From Octopus bimaculoides (Eukaryota): DNA of 64,000 nucleotides. Location of the stretch: NCBI RefSeq assembly GCF_001194135.2, contig NC_068997.1, positions 1,798,345 to 1,862,344 on the forward strand, written 5' to 3'. Of this stretch, positions 13,615 through 26,869 are shown one piece after another. Position numbers and translations under genes: made by a program. Below the pieces are notes generated by a model, which was not told the origin of the DNA, did not search any database, and saw nothing but the letters and a program-made list of their open reading frames with translations. The first letter of the stretch is position 1. Each line of letters opens with the position of its first letter.

Positions 13615-15399
13615 CGTGTGTGTGTGTGTGTGTGTTTGTATGTGTGTGGGTGTGTGTGTGTGTGTTCAGTCAGCCTCTGTATGTATCTTTTAACAAGGTA
13701 TCTTTTCTCCCTTAGTAAATGTGAGTTCATTAAGCGTACTTCTATAAAATCATTTCTAATTTATCTACATGTACGTCTAACCACCCGCAAACTATATATC
13801 TTCTGATATGAAACTGAGGAAAGCCAGTGGCTGAATCATTAAATATCCGTTATTTTAATAAATACCAGTAAACTGAATTACGTTTTTGAGCAGCGGAACT
13901 GTGTACACGACAGCAATAATTACAGGAAACTAGTAGAACTGTTCTCCAGTCGACTCTTCGATTCAGTAGAAAGTGTTTTGTAGTTATAGACATATGATAT
14001 ATTTATATATCCAATCTAATCTCTCTATTATTCGAACAGATGCAAACATATTTATTGTTCATCCACCCTCGCGCTGCTTCGGAATTTTGCTCTTTGTGTG
14101 TGTGAGTGTATGTGTGTGTTAGTGCGAGAGATAGAGAGGGATAGAAAGAGAGACAGAGTGTGTGTATGTCTGTTTTTGAACGTTGTTGAGTTATAAGTAC
14201 TCGAACTTTCGGGAGAATGTGACATAAATTTTGGATCAGTGTATCTTGAAGCTCATAAAGCTATAAGTAACTGTATGTAAATTTTGCGTCGAAGGTTAAA
14301 ACATTTTTGATAGAAAAAGGTCAAACACCTTTGAAATCTACAGGAGATGTTGGTTCGCGTCCTACGAGCAGTCTTCGATATTGTTTCCGAAAGGGCTTTT
14401 CAATCCAATATATACATTTATAGCATGGTGTGCTTCGAAATACATCTCATCTTACGTTTAGAAGCGATGCACAGTATCAGAATTTTCTACTCTAATCAAT
14501 TAAACTACTCCAAATTCTTATTAAAATATCTGAGCAAGTGGAGTCTGGGCCGGCTTGTTTGTACTGACATCAATTCGTATAAGTTGTAGCAATGAAATCA
14601 AACCAAATAGTGATATTTAGAAATCATTTAATATGTACGTTTTCAGGTCTGCATAAGACATACTAAGAAATGTATCCATTACACAAGATCTTCCTCAGTT
14701 AATAGATTTCAAAATAGTTTGAAATGTTTGAAGCCATTCAAATGAAACAATTCAAAATATTTCGAAACATTTTGACTGAGAAAGACTTGCATAATAGTTG
14801 CATTTCCTAATATAATGCACAGAGCTTCACACAACTAGTCAGTATAATCTAAATGTTATCCAAACCAAACAAGTTTATCTATGACAAAAACAATCAATAT
14901 AAATGTAAGTAATCTCAAGAAACCATAATCCCAGTAACACCTTCCTTTACCAGGAGGGACAGCTCAACATAACGATACTAAAACAGCAAAGACAAGCAGA
15001 CATAACAGATATATATTCCCATCATGAGCTGGCAAACTGATATCACTATAGTTTCTATACCTGGGCAGCGCCATTCACTCCGGCAGTGACAACAGCGTTA
15101 GAAACTTAAATGCTTTCTGGGAATTAATTGTAATCAGCAAGGGCGAAAGAACATAATATGTGCATAACGCCAACACCCGCTTATTATTACAAGCAACAAC
15201 ATGAAATAAAACAATTAGTATTAACTTATAGTTACAAAGAGGCACCTACAAAGCAAAAAACTTACAGCCCAAAGGGATATTATGATCCAAACATTATAAT
15301 ACAAAAGAACAAGCAAACAAAAGATATGATGATATCAACTGTTCAACCACTGATACGTAGCACAATACCAGCAGCAAACCAAGCACTTAAAACATATAA

Positions 15400-15998
15400 A
15401 CTATAAAACGAACACATACGGCTAGATTCGCTGCTTCGTTGTCCATATAATTTCATAAGCACACTATAAAACGAACACATACGGCTAGATTCGCTGCTTC
15501 GTTGTCCATATAATTTCATAAGCACACTATAAAACGAACACATACGGCTAGATTCGCTGCTTCGTTGNNNNNNNNNNNNNNNNNNNNNNNNNNNNNNNNN
15601 NNNNNNNNNNNNNNNNNNNNNNNNNNNNNNNNNNNNNNNNNNNNNNNNNNNNNNNNNNNNNNNNNNNNNNNNNNNNNNNNNNNNNNNNNNNNNNNNNNNN
15701 NNNNNNNNNNNNNNNNNNNNNNNNNNNNNNNNNNNNNNNNNNNNNNNNNNNNNNNNNNNNNNNNNNNNNNNNNNNNNNNNNNNNNNNNNNNNNNNNNNNN
15801 NNNNNNNNNNAACTATAAAACGAACACATACGGCTAGATTCGCTGCTTCGTTGTCCATATAATTTCATAAGCACACTATAAAACGAACACATACGGCTAG
15901 ATTCGCTGCTTCGTTGTCCATATAATTTCATAAGCACACTATGAAACGAACACATACGGCTAGATTCGCTGCTTCGTTGTCCATATAATTTCATAAGC
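15400..15998. repeat. 63-bp tandem repeat interrupted by an N gap
   Basis: Unit actataaaacgaacacatacggctagattcgctgcttcgttgtccatataatttcataagcac; 2 full plus 1 partial copy left of the gap (15568-15810) and 3 to the right, nearly identical. Confidence 0.97.
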
Positions 15999-16739
15999 AT
16001 GATACTGCACACAAAAAACGAATAAAAGTAAATTTTGTGCAACAGTGTAATCCACAACGAACGTCCTCGAACGATGTAAGCAAAGATCAATATTTATGAA
16101 ATGAATGCTTAATATTATAAAATAAATCAACCGAAGTAAAAATAAAAGTAAAAATAAACAATAGAATTATAATTAAAATAAAAATTATATATATGTAAAA
16201 ATAATAAATACAAAGCAAAAACTACATAAATAAAACAAATTAAAAGTAATGAAACGTCCTAACTAGAAAAAGACTAAATAATTCATTATTAATTAAATGG
16301 CCAACGTGCTGGTTCCTCAAGAACACAAACTACACTCAAATTACATAATAAGCTAATATATAGTTTAAATCAACACATACATCTAAGAACTATAAATATT
16401 TAAAATTACTAAAACAAATTTATCATAACAAAATTATTCTACATATGAATAAACACAACGCGCTGCAGAGAAATTAAGGGAAACCATACGTCTTTAACCC
16501 ATGGCCGCTAAAATCCAAAAGATTTATCTATCTATAGGTAGAAGTAATACCAACTCCCCAGAGGAAGTGACGTTTTACATAATAGTGAATGAAAAAGAGC
16601 CAACTCCTTCACACCCCGCCGCCATAGCAAAACTGAATGGGGATAACTATCCAGCGGAAGTGACACAGGACACAAGAGAATGACAACGAACCACCCAAAA
16701 GGCTGCTAAGCAATGATTCAACCTTACGTTTATTAAGGA

Positions 16740-17960
16740 AAAACTAGTACTTCTTACAATTCGTTGTACAGCTTGTCCATATTGTCATAAAATTTCACCA
16801 CCAAACTTTTACTGCCCTTAACATTTTAATCATATCCAAAAACGTTCTAACGTTATATATTATTCTACCATATCTAATAACTTGACTGAAAAGCAGATAA
16901 CCTATTCAAAGAGGAATTCTACTCTCCGCCCAAGGCAACGATTCAATACGGAAATTAAAGCTATTAGTTTCATTATAAACGCTAGTCACCATCTTACCAT
17001 CTACACTAACTCTCTTAACATCTAAATAGTTACCCTCATTTACGGAGTCACCATTTCCAGTCTGTTCGGGACCCGCTAGATATATTTTCCTAAAAATATT
17101 GAGAACACCTGTAATTAGGAATTGAAATATCTTCGACACATCTGCAGTGTTTACTGAGCTGTTTGACCAAACATATCTTTTTCCTTCGGTATCGATCATT
17201 AAAGTTGAAGTCGCACGAAGACAAATACAAGTCCATTAACACAGCGCTACGATTACTATCCACCGGATTTCCCTTAAATTGTCTAAAAATCTAAGAAAAT
17301 GAAATATATGCGGTATAAACCATAAAGTTGATGGCCTTCTAGAGTCTATTTTAACTAAAACATGTATAACCATTATATACATACAAAAAGCCTATGCCAT
17401 TTTAAATAGAAATACACTTATAACCTTTATTAAACACAATATCAATTACAGTAACTATATCTTCTTCCGCTCTTTTGAAATCGAGATTACTATACAATGT
17501 GGAACAGTTACAGATATGCATGGTCCCAACTGATTTTCACTCTTTTGAAGTATAAGAGTCAGGAACCAAAATGACATAAATGTTTACTACAGAATTGTTA
17601 AAGATTGGTCCGCAGTATCTCAAAAAGTACGAACAAACCACATATAAGCTTCAGTAAGCGATATAGATAGTTGTTTGATCGTACATTTTCTAGCACCCAT
17701 AATAAATTTACTTTTATCATCATTCATTTTATTTCAACTTTTCTTGCTTTCTCCTTCGGCACTTTAATCAGTCTGTTACAAAAACTATCAACTAAAAAAG
17801 CTAAAAGTTTCTTAATTTCGGAAAGGGTACCATCTCTGAAGAAAACAGTATTTCTAATCCCTCCTTTCATACAATTTATCAAGTTTGACCTAAAGTACAG
17901 AAATATCTATTTCCGACCTGTTTTTTTTTTCTATTTCGTATAACACCATGGCGACACTTT
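16740..17960 (-). pseudogene. Decayed Penelope-like reverse transcriptase, Naiad-type motif pattern
   Basis: Across stops/frameshifts: KFIMGARKCTIKQLSISLT, NCSTLYSNL (DFSTLYT), FRQFKGNPVDSNRSAVLMDLYL (GIPMGTNCAPLLADLFL), RCVEDI (RYIDD), NYLDV..VTSVYNETNSFNFRIESLPWAESRIP (LYDKRDDFNF..FP...SNIP), SQVIRYGR (SQLIRYAR). Confidence 0.85.
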
Positions 17961-18196
17961 CTACTTAATACAGGCTGTGAAAATACACGTTCACTCGAGT
18001 GAGACTCGAAAAGTACGTATTAAATGATATCAAAGTATCACTATTTGGTTCGATTTCATTATTACCACTTTAAATATACGTATACATTCATATACATACA
18101 TACATACATATATACACACACACATAAATACATACATACACACATACAAATATAAAATGTATACATATATTCATATATAGACAGACATACGTATTT

Positions 18197-18237
<41 letters not shown>

Positions 18238-18247
18238 NNNNNNNNNN

Positions 18248-18288
<41 letters not shown>

Positions 18289-19627
18289 CCCCCACTCAGA
18301 AAGTGAACGTACACTTATGTGTGTGCACGCGCGCCATAATGGATGCGTATGTGCGCGCGCGAGCGTCTGTGTTTATGTATTAGCCTGTGCTAAATGTTGA
18401 TATTTCAATATCTCCCAATACATATTTTAAAAACATAATAGATTCTTGAAAGAGGAAATCAGAAGACGAAACTTCATCAAGTGCAGTGAAAAGAGATTGA
18501 ATAAATAAACATAGCGATGTACAGGAAATGTAAACTGTAGAGTCTTCAGAAATAACATTGAAAATAACAAAATAAAAGAAAAAAAACCGATGTAAAAATA
18601 CTGAATATTGAAGCGGAGTAGAAGCGGGCGGAGGGAGAGACGGTTATTGTTTTTTGTAGTCTTTTCTAAGCTGAGACATTTTTTTTTTTTTGGCTTGATA
18701 ATTTAAAAGAATCTAAATTCATTTGCTTTCAATCAAGAATATTTGATATTCGCCATTACACTGTAGATGTCAAAACAGCAATATATTACAGTTTGAAATC
18801 AATACTTACACAATAATATTTATTTGGATCAATCTGTAACAGATATATTCTTACGGATGCGTGCGTACGTATTTTGTTTGTAAGATCGCGTATAAAGTCC
18901 TGACTATGATTTTAAACTGTCTCTTGTAGTGCATCACTGCTTTGGGAATTCCAGGTTTTTGGGGAAGTGTGGAACCACCCCTTAGCCACCATTCTTCTCA
19001 AGTATAATCTAACTCAGAATAGTAGGACATGTCAGGGTTCTAGCTACGGGTCAAGTAGCATATTAGGGTTTGCCTAGCTATGAATGTGAAGACTGTATCT
19101 GGCAGAGGGAAAGGTGTCTGCAGTAACGCATCGCAGAGTGAAGAGGACAAGATGACGTAAGAAAGACATGTTCATCATTCCCTGAATCTGCCTCCATTCC
19201 TTGCCCTCGTGACTGGGTCAGGTCACCAGATTGAAGAGGATCGCGGATGAAAGAGTAGGCTTGAGGTTGCACAAATGTTCTTCAGTTTAAAGAAAGTCAC
19301 AACACAAGACATCAGTCATCCTTAACGATACTAGAATGTCTTTGACGCCCTGACGCACGAGATTGATCCGTGTATACATGAGTAATTATAGTGTGCTATG
19401 CACTAGCGCCCCTAAGAAGTAAAGAACTCATTACTTTTGTGAATTTAATCTGGGAATTGGAAGGTTTAATACACCACGAGAAGTTATGGGTTTGTTCTGG
19501 TCTGATAATATGGTGATGGTCAGTACAGGATGATCAGGGGCGTGCGTACACACACACACACACCTCTAAATGTCAACCTATATCTTTATCTACCTAGCTC
19601 TTTATATCTCAATCAATCAATCAATCA

Positions 19628-19682
<55 letters not shown>

Positions 19683-19771
19683 ATTTTTCAACATGTAGAA
19701 CCAATAATCCAGAATCGGTTTTTCTGTCTCCATATTGTTTTGCTCTCTTTTTCTCCTCTTTTGTTCCTATC

Positions 19772-19815
19772 AAGCCTATCTGTTGAAGAGCGTAAGCTCG
19801 ATACATCAAAGGCTT
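19772..19815 (+). ncRNA. Second copy of the variant hammerhead-like motif (decayed)
   Basis: AAGCCTAT-CTGTTGA-A-GAGC gtaa GCTC-GATAC-ATC-AAAGGCTT: a different helix I sequence that still pairs 7/8; GAAAC and GTC each have one substitution. Confidence 0.5.
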
Positions 19816-20230
19816 TTCTATTATCCCCGAGCATCAAACCAATGCCTCTACTTGTTGTTCACTCACGTGACTCTGTCTTTTGATTTCTGTAAATTTGAAC
19901 CATATCTGTCCATCTACCTGGATTAGTGGAACTTTGCCTTTACAAGCAGTGCAAACGTTAATCAACATGTAAAGTGTGTATGATTTAATAGAGTATGAAA
20001 CTGTTACCACTCTGCCGACCACCACCGTCCTACTGCCCCTCTTCAAACATCCTTCAGCATCTGTCCCCCACCCCGCCACCATTAAATCATCCAAGAAGCA
20101 CGGCTAGGTTGTGAAATTCATAATCACTTTCAAACAATCCCAGTAAGAAAACAGTCCAAACTTTGTGAGGAAACATTTAAAACCTTCTAGTCAGGTGGGA
20201 ACGGGCTGTGAACTTGATCCTTTGTATCCT

Positions 20231-20505
20231 TTAAGATTTATTTTGTGGTTTTTGTGAGGTCTCTAAATTTAGTGGGAGGGAAGTTATCCTCAAACTGGAG
20301 TCCTTGCCTAAATGCTGCGACATGTGAGCTTTCCTAAAGACGTCAAAGGACATTATTCGTGGCTCGATGTTTGTGGGTCTTCGTCTTGATTGTAGGTCAC
20401 ATCGAATATACTTAGCAGTGCCTTTCTTTATTCTTTCCGTTCCTATAACATTCCTTTTATCTTTATAAAACTCAATAATCATACTTTCACTTTGTGTGCC
20501 TATGT
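20231..20505 (-). other. Candidate terminal coding exon of an unidentified minus-strand gene
   Basis: Acceptor-like gtacttcccag|acata, then a 90-codon complex open frame (D)IGTQSESMIIEFYKDKRNV...QKPQNKS ending in TAA. No family recognised. Confidence 0.22.
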
Positions 20506-21619
20506 CTGGGAAGTACATTTATATATTTATTTATACGCATGCAAACAGTACGTAAGTCTAAATGTTGAATGAATAACCTGATAGCACAAATTATGATTAT
20601 ACCAACTGAGACTAAAGATCGGAGGGATGAGCCTCTGATATATATAGCCAGGGATGAGAGGAGAGTAGAATAGCATCCGTGTATATATGTATTCGCGCGT
20701 GTGCACACATACACACACATTTGAGTATATATTCTTACTTAAATACACGCGAAGCCACACATACATAAGATATTGTTTTTTTTTTCCGAAGATGTTCTAT
20801 TTAAGCTGAGATACCCAGCTTTTTCCAATTCATAAATAGTTCCTCTGAAGCAGAATATTTCGAATAATCTCTTTCAATAAAGTAAACCATGAATAAGCGA
20901 AAGCAGAGTTTCTCTCTTTAAACATTAAATCTGAAAAAAACAGACTTCCGGTTTTGACCATCCATTCAATACGTTTAATATTTATACCACCCATAACCTC
21001 AAAAATCCAAAACCAACACCACGAGGCACCATACCCACCAATACACCGTTCGCAAAGGGTACCTTATTTTATTGATATCCAGAAATATTGAATGACAAAG
21101 CTGACTTCAGCTGGAATTGAACTCAGAGAGCAGAAAGAAATATTGTCATTTTGTTTTACCCTGCGCTCGAGATTTTTCTGCCGCTTCACAGCTTAGTCTT
21201 TTTAGTTGCATATGGACAAGATAACCGGCCCTGGTATATTACTGGTATGGAATTTATAAGGTGTTTACTGACAATAAAGTGGTATATAGCTGGATATGAA
21301 CTTAAAATGAAGATGGCAGGAATTCAAATAATAACAGGAACTCACCGGCCTTTTCTCTCTCTCTCCACATCATTCTCGTCTCTCCCTTACTCTGCCATAA
21401 TTGACGACGAGGTAGATCGCTTGGTGGTTGTTTGATGTACTAGAATTAGCAATCAAAGCTCCCTAGAGAATCAAAGGAGGAAGAGAGTGGCATTAAGTAA
21501 TCTTACCTTCCACACTCCTAAAAGAACGTGATGGTCTCGGCTGAAAAGACTTTAATTATCTTAATGACGAGGTTTGCTCGCCATCAAGGTCGGCCTATGG
21601 TTAAATAATAACAATAGTA

Positions 21620-21830
21620 ATTCTAATTTTGGCACAAGGTTAGCAATTTTGTGAAAAGTGTGAAGTCGATACCATCGATCCCAGTGTTTCAATGGTACCT
21701 ATTTTATCGCCCCCGAAGTGTTGAAAAGTAAAGTCGGCAATGGTGAAATTTGAACCCCGAACGGAAAGACGGACGAGATTCTGCTAAGCATTTGTCTAGT
21801 GTGCTAACGATTTTACAAGCATGTCGCCTA
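21620..21830 (-). mobile_element. Degenerate SINE (family B)
   Basis: ggtacctattttatcgcccccg..aaagtcggc..atttgaac..gctaagcattt..gctaacgattt is the reverse complement of the 57186 family; a similar copy lies at ~32720-32910. Confidence 0.7.
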
Positions 21831-21832
21831 AG

Positions 21833-23237
<1,405 letters not shown>

Positions 23238-23244
23238 CAACAAC

Positions 23245-23336
<92 letters not shown>

Positions 23337-23387
23337 TAACAATAATAATAATAATAATAATACTAAGAATAATAATAATAATATGTA

Positions 23388-23664
23388 TGATAAAGGGGGT
23401 GTCAAAAACATCTAGTTAACATCCCAGGAGAACCAAGTCTGAGAGAAATCCAAAAGATTGTGCTGACAAGTACTGCCCACATCCTTAGAAAAACACTATG
23501 TATAAAAATGTCTTTTGTTTTACTTTTAGATATTTCGCTACTGATCCTGCCACCTTCTCTTCTCAAGCCTTCAGTCTTACTGTAACATCTCTTATCGTTC
23601 ACTCTTTCTAGGTCGTTGGGTATGTCTCGGCAAGTGATTGCAACAAACATGCAGATTAAAAGTA
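23388..23664 (+). mobile_element. 3' end of a second R4/Dong-like LINE
   Basis: KHLVNIPGEPSLREIQKIVLTSTAHILRKTL followed by a distinct 3' UTR, then (TAA)n. Confidence 0.75.
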
Positions 23665-23679
23665 AATAATAATAATAAC

Positions 23680-23737
<58 letters not shown>

Positions 23738-23787
23738 TTAATAATAATGTTAATAATAATAATAATTCTTATTCTTATTATTATTAA

Positions 23788-24142
23788 TACCAGCCACTGC
23801 GGGACGCGATAGGAAAGGGAAACAGAAAAGAGTGAGAAATACCAGCCACTGCAGTATGAGATAGGAAAGTTGTGGGGCATGAAGAAAGTAATGGTGATAC
23901 TGATGTCAATTGGAGCATTAGGAACAGCTTCCAAGGACTCTGAAAAACATATTAATAATATTGGAGTTGCTGTCAGGCTTGAAGGGAGCCAGAAGACAGC
24001 ATTGTTGGATACAGCTCATGTTCTAAAGAGAGTATTGCTTCTTTGAGTGACAGGAAAAGGCACTGCTTGAAAACTTTGGTGAATTGTTATCGTCTGCTTT
24101 CAAGTAAAAAATAAGCAGTAATTAAGAACTATCTGAGAGTCT

Positions 24143-24144
<2 letters not shown>
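23788..24144 (+). mobile_element. 3' end of a third R4/Dong-like LINE
   Basis: EKYQPLQYEIGKLWGMKKVMVILMSIGALGT...QKTALLDTAHVLKRVL, 3' UTR, then (TAA)n. Confidence 0.8.
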
Positions 24145-24187
<43 letters not shown>

Positions 24188-24210
24188 GTAATAGTAATAA
24201 TAATAATAAT

Positions 24211-24525
24211 GTTGTTGTTGGCACTCCGTCGCTTACGACGTCGAGGGTTTCAGTTGATCCGATCAATGGAACAGCCTGCTCGAGAAATTAACGTGCAAGT
24301 GGCTGAGCACTCCACAGACACGTGTACCCTTAACGTAGTTCTCGGGGATATTCAGCGTGACACAGTGTGACAATGCTGACCCTTCCAATTACAAGCACAA
24401 CAGAAACAGGAAGTAAGAGTGAGAGAAAGTTGTGGTGAAAGAGTACAGCAGGGTTCGCCACCATCCCCTGCCGGAGCCTCGTGGAGCTTTAGGTGTTTTC
24501 GCTCAATAAACACTCACAACACCCG
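24211..24525 (-). mobile_element. tRNA-derived SINE (family C), head lost in an N gap
   Basis: Closely matches the reverse complement of most of 40581-40961. Confidence 0.85.
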
Positions 24526-24609
24526 NNNNNNNNNNNNNNNNNNNNNNNNNNNNNNNNNNNNNNNNNNNNNNNNNNNNNNNAACAACAACAATAATCATAA
24601 TAATAATAA

Positions 24610-24640
<31 letters not shown>

Positions 24641-24641
24641 A

Positions 24642-24686
<45 letters not shown>

Positions 24687-25960
24687 AATCAACAAGGGAC
24701 GGCCAACACAGTCACTACTCATACTTCTAATAATTAGTAAATATCCCTGAAATAACACCTTAAAGGAATTACATATTCGGTAAAGTAAAGCTAGGTACAT
24801 TAAGTCAAAGATATACTGGATCAGGGGTTGATTGCAAGGCGAAACAATAATGCACTCCTAGACACTCTATTTCTGAATTATACAAAAACATGCAATGATT
24901 GTAGTTGGAAAGCTTTTGAATATAGGACTGGCGAATTAGGAATAAAAGAGTACAATAACAGAAATATTAGCAACAACAATAACAACAGTAGCAGCAGAAA
25001 ACAACAGCACTGGCAGCAACAACAACAACAACAGCAAAAACCTGAATGCGACAAATACAATAAAGAAATCAGAAAATGGAAAATTTCATAAACAAATAAA
25101 TGAATAAATAAAGTAAAAACAAAACAACAGACAACGTTGAAAGGAAAGTCTAACCTTGGAATCTTGGATCAATTGTTTAAAATATATTGTGAAGAATTCA
25201 GTTGTGAAGGAAAGATGCGCACAAAAATGGTAAAAGAACTACTGACAGCTGATAACAAACGCCACTACATCAACATGCAACAACGAAATATCTTCCCCTA
25301 CCTCCACATGCTATCAAATTTTGTTCTGCAATGTTAAACTTAGTTTACTCTCTTTCTCAGGTATCCCGGCATGCCTCAATAAGATTCTTCAGTCTCTCGT
25401 CTCCATTAAGTGATCTAATGCTGGAGATCAATGGAATATTCCATTAACCGTTTTGTGTACAATAAAGTACATATTTAAATGTACAATAAACATATCATAT
25501 ACTAAACTGGCTACTGCTTAATACTGAGTACATTAGAAGCTTATTACATATCCTGTACGAAATAATGTATTAATAATATATGGCATATTAGGTAAATACT
25601 ATAAAATATATACACGCGCGCTCACACACACGCACGTACACAATATATATATATATATATATATATANNNNNNNNNNNNNNNNNNNNNNNNNNNNNNNNN
25701 NNNNNNNNNNNNNNNNNNNNNNNNNNNNNNNNNNNNNNNNNNNNNNNNNNNNNNNNNNNNNNNNNNNNNNNNNNNNNNNNNNNNNNNNNNNNNNNNNNNN
25801 NNNNNNNNNNNNNNNNNNNNNNNNNNNNNNNNNNNNNNNNNNNNNNNNNNNNNNNNNNNNNNNNNNNNNNNNNNNNNNNNNNNNNNNNNNNNNNNNNNNN
25901 NNNNNNNNNNNNNNNNNNNNNNNNNNNNNNNNNNNNNNNNNNNNNNNNNNNNNNNNNNNN

Positions 25961-25993
<33 letters not shown>

Positions 25994-26324
25994 CATACAC
26001 GTGCGCGCACACACTTGCGCATGTAGAACGTGGATTTGTGTAAGGGTGACGAATGGTGTTCCTTACCAAAGCTCTTCATTCCATGCTACCCCAGTTCACT
26101 CAGCTAGGAGGCTCTTACGACAAGCCTACGTCTCGTCCAGAGGGAATATATATATATAAAGTAGTTGTATGCTGCCTACTTAATGTCACAGTACCATGAA
26201 AAGAATAATACTAGTGCTATTTATCCCATAGGAAGCAGCAACGCTTCCTGTCAGCCTTGACGCATTTCCTGTGTCCTTATGTTTACAAGGGGGAGATAAT
26301 CAATTCCATCCAGCCACGCCAGCA

Positions 26325-26367
26325 TCCAGAGACTAGTTTCTGAGTCATTGCTTGTCTTCAATCTGGA
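26325..26367 (-). ncRNA. Minimal hammerhead-like motif in the left arm (C3U)
   Basis: Reverse complement TCCAGA-TTGAAGA-caagcaatgactca-GAAACTAGTC-TCTGGA. Confidence 0.45.
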
Positions 26368-26585
26368 GTAGCATGCCCTGCTAGTTGGAGATGCTTATCT
26401 GGCTCTTGTAAACATATAATTATTCTAGTGAAATACATTCACTGATTTCAAAAATAGAAATGATGCATTTCTAAATTTCTCAGAGAGATTTATGCAGTAG
26501 TAATACGATAGTTAATGCATTTCACTAGAATAATTATATGTTTACAAGTGCTAGATAGGCAACTCCAACAAGCAGGCCATGCTAC

Positions 26586-26628
26586 TCCAGACTGAAGACG
26601 TGCAATGACTCAGAAACTAGTCTCTGGA
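26586..26628 (+). ncRNA. Minimal type I hammerhead-like motif in the right arm
   Basis: TCCAGA-CTGAAGA-cgtgcaatgactca-GAAA-CTAG-TC-TCTGGA: 6-bp helix I, intact core, loopless palindromic ACTAGT helix III, GUC site; helix II poorly paired. Confidence 0.6.
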
Positions 26629-26837
26629 TGCAGGCTTAGCTGGGTGGAGGTGCTATCTCCCTGTTGTAAACATAAGGACACAGTAAATGTGGCAAGGCTG
26701 TCAGGAAGCGGTGCTGCTTCCTATGGGATAAATAGCAGTAGTATTGTCCCCTTCGTGGGACTGTCACCTTAAGTTGCCAGCGTACAACTACTTTATTGTA
26801 TCAGTACTGCATAAATCACTCTGAGAGAGTGCATAAA

Positions 26838-26869
<32 letters not shown>

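Larger units (their letters stand above)
14591..18060 (-). mobile_element. Penelope-like (Naiad-type) retroelement remnant bounded by ~54-bp inverted repeats
   Basis: 14591-14644 and the reverse complement of 18008-18060 match at 48/54 positions by eye; the interval holds a decayed RT and a 63-bp array, and looks A/C-rich on the + strand throughout. Confidence 0.6.
26156..26796. mobile_element. Fold-back element with ~283-bp inverted arms (26156-26439 / 26514-26796)
   Basis: Arms align end to end, e.g. ataaagtagttgtatgctg vs cagcgtacaactactttat and tatttatcccataggaagcagca vs tgctgcttcctatgggataaata. Confidence 0.9.

Noticed and set aside
14640-14697. Minus-strand CTGAGGA...GAAA as a hammerhead at the element end
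   Set aside because: No helix I or III pairing or cleavage triplet could be built.
15400-15998. 63-bp array as a CRISPR array, hammerhead array or SECIS array
   Set aside because: Units are contiguous with no unique spacers; there is no CUGANGA/GAAA pair; the ATGA...AA pattern on the minus strand lacks the closing GA quartet.
14800-16480. Mitochondrial insertion (NUMT), suggested by strand skew
   Set aside because: No mitochondrial protein, rRNA or tRNA was recognisable in the frames translated, which contain TAA/TAG stops; a BLASTN against mitogenomes would settle it.
16740-17960. Selenoprotein-type Naiad with recoded UGA
   Set aside because: In-frame stops are a mix of TGA, TAA and TAG with frameshifts and a damaged catalytic motif, which indicates decay.
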